Part shown: one piece after another, positions 9,179 to 16,888 of the stretch
Layout of the letters: each line of letters starts with the position of its first letter
Numbering within the stretch: the stretch's first letter is position 1
Assembly (NCBI GenBank): GCA_964617695.1
Contig: CAZTYW010000007.1
Location: 1-50,078 of the forward strand
Reading direction: 5' to 3'
Origin: an uncultured Dehalococcoidia bacterium
GTDB taxonomy: Bacteria; Chloroflexota; Dehalococcoidia; UBA2247; RBG-13-53-26
Length of the DNA: 50,078 bases
Notes under the pieces: model-generated
Databases searched by the model: none
The model's input: the letters and a program-made list of their open reading frames with translations, nothing else
Told to the model about the DNA's origin: nothing
Position numbers and translations under genes: made by a program

Positions 9179-9934
9179 TCAAAGTCCGACCTTGCTGGCG
9201 AGTCTCTTTACTCCCAGGCGAACAACGGAGTCCTCGGGGAGCTCCGTGATCGGCATGCCCTTCACCTCAAGATCGGCCAGCGCCGGCTCCTGGCCTATCG
9301 TCGTCACCAGGTCAAAACCATGCCTGTCAATCGTCTTCAATATCTCGGCAGGCAGTCCGTCGGGCGAGCGGTTGACGACCAGACAGACTTTGCCGACCTG
9401 CGTCCTCATTTCTCCTATCAGTCCCTTTATCTCCCCCGCCGTGTTGACACCTCTCTGTGTCAGGTCAGACACGATGACCAGCACGTCAACGTCCCTGGTT
9501 GTCTGGCGGCTGATGTGCTCAAGCCCGGCTTCACTGTCTATGACAACATACTCATAGTTGCGGCCCAGCCGGTCGATGGAGAGCCGCAGCATGTTGTTGG
9601 CGGCGCAATAGCAGCCCGGCCCCTCAGGGCGGCCAATGGCCAGAAGGTCGAATCCCCTGGACTCCACCAGCGCGGCCATTATCCGCGAATCAAGGTACTC
9701 CTGCTTGGGCATCGTGGGGCTGAGGCTGCCGGCCTTTATCGACTCGGTCATGTGCTCACGTATGCGGCCGACCGTCTCCTGCAGGGTCACGCCGAGTGCC
9801 TGATTGAGGTTGGTGGCAGGATCTGCGTCTATGGCCAACACAACTCCTCTGGTGGAGAGGAGCTGTATCAGGAGCGCCGAAATAGTCGTCTTGCCGGTCC
9901 CGCCTTTGCCGGCAACGACGATAGTGGTAGCCAT
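9179..9934 (-). CDS. cooC: CooC/AcsF nickel-insertion ATPase
   Basis: GKGGTGKTT Walker A, DADP, GRPEGPGCYC, DSEAGLEHISR. Confidence 0.93.
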   Translation of the reverse strand: MATTIVVAGKGGTGKTTISALLIQLLSTRGVVLAIDADPATNLNQALGVTLQETVGRIREHMTESIKAGSLSPTMPKQEYLDSRIMAALVESRGFDLLAIGRPEGPGCYCAANNMLRLSIDRLGRNYEYVVIDSEAGLEHISRQTTRDVDVLVIVSDLTQRGVNTAGEIKGLIGEMRTQVGKVCLVVNRSPDGLPAEILKTIDRHGFDLVTTIGQEPALADLEVKGMPITELPEDSVVRLGVKRLASKVGL

Positions 9935-9943
9935 ATTGTTGTC

Positions 9944-11311
9944 CTAGTTCTTCAGGTTGGCGGCAAAGCCCGGCAGAAAACCGGGAATGTCGCTGGCTTC
10001 CCTCGGCCCCACCACAACCTTCCACCCCGGCAGCGCCTCTTCAAGCTCACCTTTGATTCTGGCTACCTTGCCGGGGATAACCAGCGTCCGCGTTTTCGCC
10101 TTGTCCTCCACGCCTGACCTCTTGAGGAAAGGAGCAATGGCGTCACCGTTGAACTTGCCTGCTGCCCAGGCGGTTAGCACGCCGAGACCCTCCGAGTCTT
10201 TCACCAGTAGCCACGATGGGGTCTTGCTTGATTCGATCTCCGCAGACACGATGAAGTAGGTCAGTGCCCAGTTGGTCGTGATCAGCACGGGTGAGTCATT
10301 ACCAGGCTCACCCACGGCGTACAGTTTCTCCTCCACGGAGAGCGGCATGCGAGGATCGGTGTATATGTTGAGCCTCTGCGTCAGGAGCGGCCGCAGCGAA
10401 TACTGGTCAAAGTCAGACAGCACGACGATGGAAGCAAACTTGATGATGGAGACGGCAGCAGTCAATATCTCCTTTAGCCCTTCCCTGGCAGTGAAACACG
10501 GGAACACGATGGTCGGGTAGCCGAGCGGCCTGAAGCTCTGCTTGACCGCTGCCCGCCTGATGAACGTCTGGTCCCTGATGACGTCCATCACGTTCTTGGA
10601 GCCGGGGTCGAGTACCAGATCGTCTAGCTTCTCTTCCTTCAATCTCGTGGTCAGGGCAACGAGCCCTTCAACACCGTCAGCGCGAACCCCAATCGGAGTA
10701 GGCTTTTCTTTGATCCTGGGGATGGACTTGTCGATGTTGCCCTTGGTGATCGGATACAGCAGCGGCCTCCTGTCCACACAGATGTCCCTGGCAGCGAAGA
10801 GCGCATCCGTATCCTCTGATATCAGCATAATGCCAACGTCAGTGCCGCCGTAGACCTTCCTTACCAGAGCTTCGTATCTGGCCCTGTCTCCTGATTCGAA
10901 TTGGAGAGCCAGCAAATCAGCCCTGAGAGTAAGGCCCACTACGTCAAACTGGAGTTGGGTTATCTTCCTTATTTTCTCGTCGACCTTCGCCTCATCCTCC
11001 TTGTCAGAGATGAGAAGCGCAATCCCCGTTTGGTGCACATAGGTCTTCTCGTGCCGGTAGACAACCTCTTCGTTACCTACCTGCAGGTCTTTCTCGCCCG
11101 AGCCTATCGTAACCAGCTTCATAGCTGGGGCCAACGCGTCCTCAAGCTCCTCCCTTGTTTCGGGAGACAGGTACGGGCACTTGTCGACAGTGGCTCCCCC
11201 GGAGGCCAGCTTCATGGCGAAGGCAAAACACGTCGGGAAGCCGCACTCCTTGCAGTTCTTCTTACCCGCTTCCGGAAGCTTTTTGACGATATCAGTTCCC
11301 TTGGCTGGCAT
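9944..11311 (-). CDS. acsC: Corrinoid iron-sulfur protein large (gamma) subunit
   Basis: NCKECGFPTCFAFAMKLA...CP [4Fe-4S], NIYTDPR, TTNWALTYF, GLGVLTAWAAGKF, GPREAS. Confidence 0.95.
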   Translation of the reverse strand: MPAKGTDIVKKLPEAGKKNCKECGFPTCFAFAMKLASGGATVDKCPYLSPETREELEDALAPAMKLVTIGSGEKDLQVGNEEVVYRHEKTYVHQTGIALLISDKEDEAKVDEKIRKITQLQFDVVGLTLRADLLALQFESGDRARYEALVRKVYGGTDVGIMLISEDTDALFAARDICVDRRPLLYPITKGNIDKSIPRIKEKPTPIGVRADGVEGLVALTTRLKEEKLDDLVLDPGSKNVMDVIRDQTFIRRAAVKQSFRPLGYPTIVFPCFTAREGLKEILTAAVSIIKFASIVVLSDFDQYSLRPLLTQRLNIYTDPRMPLSVEEKLYAVGEPGNDSPVLITTNWALTYFIVSAEIESSKTPSWLLVKDSEGLGVLTAWAAGKFNGDAIAPFLKRSGVEDKAKTRTLVIPGKVARIKGELEEALPGWKVVVGPREASDIPGFLPGFAANLKN

Positions 11312-11357
11312 GTGAACCTCCTATCTCTACCCTCCAGTCGACCGGTGAAGCTGACTG

Positions 11358-12590
11358 CTAGACAGGCAACTCTACTTCGCCCTTGATCCAGGGATGCTCT
11401 ACCTTGTCGAGGAACGCCGCAAGTCCATCAGCGTCCTGCGCATCCTCTTCGGTAGCTATCTTATCGTACAGGTCCTCGGGTATGACCTCCTTGTACCTTT
11501 CCTTGATTTCCTTGGGCATCCACACCATCCTGTACAATCCGCCGTCGGCCTGGATGAACTTGGGCGACCTCAGGTACTCAAGGGCCATTCCCAGGGAGCC
11601 CTCCACCTGCCTGCCCCCAGAGGTCGTCCCGGCCATTGTGGAGAAACTCTCACCGATCACCGTCGGTCCGGCGAAATCCCTGTGCACCAGACCGAAGGCG
11701 TCTACCTCTGGTATGTAGAAGCAGATGGACTGGAAGCACCCGCAGGAGGTGTGGGGATGCTCAAAGGCACTGTGCAGATAGACCTGGTCGTACTCTCCCA
11801 GTGACTTTTCGACCGAGTTCTGGTTCACCCCGGTGTATTCACCTCTTGCCGGGTCAACGCACTCGCCCTTTTCCACCGCAAATATGGGCCCTTCGGGGTC
11901 CAGCTTGTAGGCCGCCCTGCCGTCAAACCAGTTGATGGCGCCGCAGTTGGCTATCCTCTCCGGCGTTATGACACACACATGGGTAGGAGCAAAGCTCTGG
12001 CACAGGACGCAGCCGTAGAACTCCTCTACGTCCTCTTCCTTCATGCCCCTCAGTCTCTCGTCCCTGGCGGCATAGATATTCATGGCATCAGACAGCAGTT
12101 CCTCGACCTTCTTCTCGTCCGTCACAAACGTAACTGCGATTTTCTCAATAGCCATCAGTTCCGAGGTGTACAGGAAGATGAGCATGTCGCCGATCTCTTT
12201 CAGGGAATTGAGCCCCCTCTTGAAAGAAGCCCGGTTCAACCTGATCCAGATGTCATTCCTCTGGTTCATGTGGTAGAGGCCCTCGATGTTGTTGCAGTAC
12301 ATGTGAATCCGTCTCTCGATCACCGGCTCCATGTCCTTCTCGAGTTCCTCGCCGGCGATATCGACCAGGATTGCCAGAGGCTGACTGCTGCCCTCTTCCA
12401 CGTCGGCTATGTCTGGGCCAATGATCTCCACCTTCTCATGCTCAATCTCATCCATCCCCTTGAAAGTACACAACTCAAACTTGTGCTTGATCTTGGGCCC
12501 GCCGAACTCGACGTACATGTCTTCTTTTCTGACGACCTCGCCTTCATACTGCGGCCCTATGTCAACATGAAAATCCGACATATCCACCAT
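11358..12590 (-). CDS. cdhC: Acetyl-CoA synthase beta subunit, archaeal type (lacks the bacterial N-terminal domain)
   Basis: 410 aa; YGCVLCQSFAPTHVC...NCGAINW and HTSCGCF A-cluster ligands; KFIQADGG..R.VWMP. Confidence 0.93.
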   Translation of the reverse strand: MVDMSDFHVDIGPQYEGEVVRKEDMYVEFGGPKIKHKFELCTFKGMDEIEHEKVEIIGPDIADVEEGSSQPLAILVDIAGEELEKDMEPVIERRIHMYCNNIEGLYHMNQRNDIWIRLNRASFKRGLNSLKEIGDMLIFLYTSELMAIEKIAVTFVTDEKKVEELLSDAMNIYAARDERLRGMKEEDVEEFYGCVLCQSFAPTHVCVITPERIANCGAINWFDGRAAYKLDPEGPIFAVEKGECVDPARGEYTGVNQNSVEKSLGEYDQVYLHSAFEHPHTSCGCFQSICFYIPEVDAFGLVHRDFAGPTVIGESFSTMAGTTSGGRQVEGSLGMALEYLRSPKFIQADGGLYRMVWMPKEIKERYKEVIPEDLYDKIATEEDAQDADGLAAFLDKVEHPWIKGEVELPV

Positions 12591-12592
12591 TG

Positions 12593-13138
12593 CTATTCTT
12601 CCTCCTTCAGACTTGAAATTAGTTCTTCCAAGAACGCCCGCCAGTCCTCGTCCTTCCGGATGTTGGGAAGGGAGTAGTCAGCATTGGGATAGACGTACTT
12701 GCACAGCGTCATCGTCCTCAGGTGCGGGGCAAAATGCTTCAGCGCAGAAAGCCCCTGATTCCCCAGGTCGCTCCTGAAACCAAAGAAGATGATCAGGTCG
12801 TGATTGCCCTCGTTCCTGACCCCATGCCATTCTGGGTCCTTCAAGGCGTTAATTATCTCCACGACATCGTACTCGGAGTCTGGCCTGCCCCCGAGCTCCA
12901 CTATCTTCCCCCTGGTATGAGCCGTAGCGCATATGGGAATATTGCCCGCCGCAGCCAACTCCAGAGCGTACTCCATCAGAAGCCTGTCACCCAGAGACAG
13001 CTGCAGCAGCCTGGGCCCCAACACCAACAGAGGTCGCCTCGCCTGCTTGATCAACTCAGCGTACTCAGTGGCGTCGTCCAGCACTATGGCCGACTTCACC
13101 CCCGAAAGCACATTCACCCGATGAAGAGGCATCACCAT
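12593..13138 (-). CDS. cdhB: CODH/ACS epsilon subunit
   Basis: IKQARRPLLVLG, LKDPEWHGVRNEGNHDLIIFFG, LSALKHFAPHLRTMTLCKYVYPNADYSLPN. Confidence 0.92.
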   Translation of the reverse strand: MVMPLHRVNVLSGVKSAIVLDDATEYAELIKQARRPLLVLGPRLLQLSLGDRLLMEYALELAAAGNIPICATAHTRGKIVELGGRPDSEYDVVEIINALKDPEWHGVRNEGNHDLIIFFGFRSDLGNQGLSALKHFAPHLRTMTLCKYVYPNADYSLPNIRKDEDWRAFLEELISSLKEEE

Positions 13139-13159
13139 CTCGCTTTCCTCCTTCCTGGT

Positions 13160-13798
13160 CTACAGCTTGCCGGCGAGGAAATCGTCAAGCGTGAACCCGA
13201 AATACGTTCCGTCTGATTCAGCACCGATCTTTCCGGTCGGGCAGACCTCAGTGGCCCACTCCATGCCCGCCGCAAAGACCTTCTTGGCCCTCTCAGGAAA
13301 GAAGACAACCCTTCTTTCGATTCCGCGCCCCACGAAGCCGATAGCCCGGGCCCCCAGGACTTCTTCGCAGTAGCGGACGCAAAGGCCACAGAGAATGCAC
13401 CTGGTCGACTCTACGTTCAGCCGAGACTCGAAACGGTGCACATCAGCCCCATATTCGTCGGCTAGCTTCCTCAACTCTCCGCCGACATCCCCGTTGAACA
13501 TCGCCTGAGGCGCCACCAACTCAATAAGCAGCTTGCGTATTTTCTCTATCCTGGGTGTCCGAGTTCTCACCACCAGCCCTTCCTCAGCCGGATAGCCGCA
13601 CGAGGCTACCACCCGAACCCTGCCGTTCTTCTCCGCCTCAACACTGCAGACCCGGCAGGCGCCGTAGGGTACCAGCTTCTGGTGCACGCAAAGAGTGGGT
13701 ATGTCAATGTTTGCCTCCCTTGCCGCCTCCAGGACAGTAGCTCCCTGCCTGGCCTGTACCTGCTTGCCATCTATTTCAATAGTCACCGTTTCACCCAT
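13160..13798 (-). CDS. HydA/NuoG N-terminal-like Fe-S subunit with no catalytic domain
   Basis: IPTLC...GACRVC...ASC [2Fe-2S]; CILCGLCVRYC; GFVGRG; CPTG; only 212 aa. Confidence 0.85.
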   Translation of the reverse strand: MGETVTIEIDGKQVQARQGATVLEAAREANIDIPTLCVHQKLVPYGACRVCSVEAEKNGRVRVVASCGYPAEEGLVVRTRTPRIEKIRKLLIELVAPQAMFNGDVGGELRKLADEYGADVHRFESRLNVESTRCILCGLCVRYCEEVLGARAIGFVGRGIERRVVFFPERAKKVFAAGMEWATEVCPTGKIGAESDGTYFGFTLDDFLAGKL

Positions 13799-13811
13799 CT
13801 TGTCCCTCCTT

Positions 13812-15722
13812 CTATCGACTGACCTTGGTGCCTACTGCCGGAGGCGCCGGCACAGGCTCGCCTGAGACCTTCACCACGGCATCAAAGCGAGGCGGACACA
13901 CATCAAAACACACGCCGCATTTGGTGCATTTCTCCTGGTCAATCCAGTGAATCAGGCCCTTGTCCCCATTCACTGCACCTGCAGGGCAATTCCTCAAACA
14001 GATAAGACAGGCCTTGCATTTCTCAGCATCAATATAGTAAGAGGTGAGATTCTTGCAGAACCTGGCCGGGCAGCGCTGCTCAATTATGTGAGCTTGGTAC
14101 TCATCCCTGAAATACTTCAGAGTCGTCAGGACGGGGTTGGCAGCCGTGCTCCCCAGAGCACAAAGCGCTGCATCAGCCAGTACCTCGGCTACCTCCTCGA
14201 TCACATCGATGTCCTCCGGCCTCCCCTCCCCGTTGCAGATGTCAGTCAGAACCTTCTGCAGCAGCCGCAGCCCTTCTCGGCAGGGTATGCATTTACCACA
14301 GGACTCTCCGCAGAGGAAATCAATGAAGTACCTGGCCACGTCCACCATGCACGTATCTTCATCCATAACCACCATGCCGCCGGACCCCATCATTGATCCA
14401 AGGTCGGTCAAAGCGTCGAAGTCAACCGGCGTGTCCAGACACTGCGCCGGAATTATGCCACCCGAGGGGCCACCGGTCTGGACTCCCTTGAACTCCTTGC
14501 CCTTGAGTATGCCACCGCCGATGTCGTAGATTATCTGCCTCAAGGTCATACCCATAGGCACTTCCACAAGTCCGGTGTTATTCACCTTGCCCACCAGGGA
14601 GAAGATCTTGGTCCCTTTGCTCCCCTCCGTCCCTGTGGACCGGAACCAGTCGGCTCCTCTGTCTATGATGAGCGGAACAGTGGCGTAGGTCTCTACGTTG
14701 TTAAGGTTGGTGGGTCTTCCCTTTATCCCGCTTACAGCGGTGTGTACGTACTTGAGCCTCGGCTCACCCACCCTGCCTTCGATGGCAGCCATCAAAGCGC
14801 TCGATTCTCCGGAGACAAATGCTCCTGCCCCGCGGTGAACTGTCACTGCGAAATTGAACCCAGAACCGAGGATACTCTCGCCAAGAAGCCCGTGCTCTTC
14901 AGCCTGCTTCAGGGCAACATTCAGGTTCTCGCAGGCGAGAGGATACTCCTGACGCACGTAGACAAACCCTTTGTTGGCCCCGATAGCATAACCACTGAGC
15001 ATGAGACCCTCAATAACGCCGTGGGGGTTGCCCTCCATCAGAGACCTGTCCATGTAGGCGCCTGGGTCGCCTTCGTCGCAGTTGACCACCACATACCGGG
15101 GCCCGTTGGGCGCACTTCTGGTCTCCTCCCACTTCCTCCCAGCCGGGAAGCCTCCGCCACCTCTGCCTCTCAGGTCCGCCTCGTTGACTTGCGCCAGTAC
15201 TTCATCTGGGCTCATCCTGGTCAGGGCCTTGGCCAGAGCATTGTACCCGCCAAGGGCGATGTAGTCCTCGATACTCTTGGGGTCTATGAGCTTGTTATTG
15301 CCGAACACTATCCGGCTCTGATGCGCATAGAACGGGATGTCCGATTCTTTGGCTATCTTGTTGCCCGTCACCGGATCGACGTATAGCAGGCGCTCGATAA
15401 TGTCATTGTTGGCCACCGCCTTCACCAACTCCGGAGCGTCCTCAGGCTTCACCTTGACATAGGAGATCTCCTCGGGAAAGACAACCACCACCACACCCTT
15501 TTCGCAGAACCCGTGGCAGCCGCTGGCCCTGGCAGCCACCCTGTCCCCCAACCCCTGGGCCTCGATCTGCTGCACAACCGCGGCAAAAACGCTCCGAGCG
15601 CCGTAGGTCTGGCAACCAGTCCCTGAACACACCACTATGGTCAGTCGGTTTGGGTCCCTCCGGGCCAGTATCTCCGCCCTCAGCTTCTCCAGCTCCTCAG
15701 CCGACGCGAGTCTATTCGCCAT
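13812..15722 (-). CDS. NADH/FMN-binding HydB/NuoF-like subunit (copy 1)
   Basis: CSGTGC..GCHGFC N-domain, LRGRGGGGFP, NCDEGDPGAYMDR, GGPSGG, ESCGKCIPCREG, C-terminal 2x[4Fe-4S]; start at ATG 15722 after AAGGAGG. Confidence 0.92.
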   Translation of the reverse strand: MANRLASAEELEKLRAEILARRDPNRLTIVVCSGTGCQTYGARSVFAAVVQQIEAQGLGDRVAARASGCHGFCEKGVVVVVFPEEISYVKVKPEDAPELVKAVANNDIIERLLYVDPVTGNKIAKESDIPFYAHQSRIVFGNNKLIDPKSIEDYIALGGYNALAKALTRMSPDEVLAQVNEADLRGRGGGGFPAGRKWEETRSAPNGPRYVVVNCDEGDPGAYMDRSLMEGNPHGVIEGLMLSGYAIGANKGFVYVRQEYPLACENLNVALKQAEEHGLLGESILGSGFNFAVTVHRGAGAFVSGESSALMAAIEGRVGEPRLKYVHTAVSGIKGRPTNLNNVETYATVPLIIDRGADWFRSTGTEGSKGTKIFSLVGKVNNTGLVEVPMGMTLRQIIYDIGGGILKGKEFKGVQTGGPSGGIIPAQCLDTPVDFDALTDLGSMMGSGGMVVMDEDTCMVDVARYFIDFLCGESCGKCIPCREGLRLLQKVLTDICNGEGRPEDIDVIEEVAEVLADAALCALGSTAANPVLTTLKYFRDEYQAHIIEQRCPARFCKNLTSYYIDAEKCKACLICLRNCPAGAVNGDKGLIHWIDQEKCTKCGVCFDVCPPRFDAVVKVSGEPVPAPPAVGTKVSR

Positions 15723-15732
15723 GGTCCCTCCT

Positions 15733-16191
15733 TTAACTTGCGGCCTCAAATATGCGCTCAAGCTCCTCGGTAGGGGGGTTGCTATGGTATACTCCGTCCA
15801 CTACCATGACCGGCCCCAGGGCACAGCAACCCAGGCAGTTGACCGTGTCCAGACTGAAACGCATGTCCCCCGACGTCTCCCCTGGCTCCAAGTCCAGTTG
15901 GTCTTTGATCCTGTCCACCAGACGGGGCGCTCCCCGCACCTGGCAGGCCGTACCCACGCAGACCGAGCACGAATGGCGGCCCTTGGGAGAGAGGCTGAAG
16001 GCCTTGTAGAAGGTCGCAACCTGGTAAACCCGGGTAAGAGGCACTTTCAACTGTTTACTTACCTCCGCTAGCGCCTCCTCAGGAAGCCAGCCAAAGCCGT
16101 TCTGCAGATCCAGCAGGATCTGGATTAACATATCCCTGTCTTTTACATAGCCATCAACGACCTTGCTTACCAACCCGGCAACACCAGCCAA
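15733..16191 (-). CDS. HydC/NuoE-like [2Fe-2S] subunit (copy 1)
   Basis: VATFYKAF, VCVGTACQVRG, VNCLGCCALGPV; TTG start after AAGGAGG. Confidence 0.92.
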   Translation of the reverse strand: MAGVAGLVSKVVDGYVKDRDMLIQILLDLQNGFGWLPEEALAEVSKQLKVPLTRVYQVATFYKAFSLSPKGRHSCSVCVGTACQVRGAPRLVDRIKDQLDLEPGETSGDMRFSLDTVNCLGCCALGPVMVVDGVYHSNPPTEELERIFEAAS

Positions 16192-16260
16192 TTCTGCACC
16201 TCCTTTTTCCTCATATCTCGATCCAGGTGAGCGAGGCGGGCACCCCGCCCCCACCTGCCG

Positions 16261-16872
16261 CTATTCTTCGGGCCTGCGCTTCTGCTCACGCCAGGCCCTT
16301 ATCGCCTCCTCCAGCTCCTTCTCTCGGCCATACTTCCTGGCCAGACCCCGGAGTACCCTTTCCTCGCGCGCCAGAAGAGGATGAAACCGGGGGCCTTTCC
16401 TGATCTGCTTGATGTTGTTGAGCAGATATGCGTATTCACCGCGAGCGATGGCTTCCTCCAGCACACGGCTCTCGATTCCGTATTTCTGCTGAATCGCCCT
16501 CGCCTTGCCAATGAGGTGAATGTTCTCGTTTTCGATCATGTTAACGTAATAGTTGAACCTTCTTACCTCGGCTTCCCTGACAGCTTCGTCTATCCTGTCT
16601 TCGAGCTCCGCCAGCTCCACGCCATAGTCGCGGGCCAGCTCCCGCACAAGTTCAGTGTAGACCTCTATGTCCTCGCCCTCCCTGATCCTTTCCAGGAAAC
16701 TCGAGATCTTCTTGCCTACACCTTTCTGCACGGCCTCCCTCAGCCAGGCGTCGCCAAGACCCTGCTCTTTCGCCAGCCTTTCCGCAGGCCGAATACAGAT
16801 AAGCTCACCCACCTCGATCCGGCTTATGTACCGCAAAAGCTTCTCTGTATCCGCCACGAACTTGTCGATCAT
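16261..16872 (-). CDS. Hypothetical alpha-helical protein with four ~45-55 aa repeats
   Basis: ATG 16 nt after the cdhA stop with GGAAGG upstream; repeated R.LA..YG...L.EA motif; charged, no TM segment. Confidence 0.75.
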   Translation of the reverse strand: MIDKFVADTEKLLRYISRIEVGELICIRPAERLAKEQGLGDAWLREAVQKGVGKKISSFLERIREGEDIEVYTELVRELARDYGVELAELEDRIDEAVREAEVRRFNYYVNMIENENIHLIGKARAIQQKYGIESRVLEEAIARGEYAYLLNNIKQIRKGPRFHPLLAREERVLRGLARKYGREKELEEAIRAWREQKRRPEE

Positions 16873-16888
16873 TTGCCTTCCCGATTGG

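Noticed and set aside
6323-16191. Respiratory complex I nuoEFG or an [FeFe]-hydrogenase
   Set aside because: No membrane nuo genes and no H-cluster motifs; the HydA-like protein ends after the Fe-S domain
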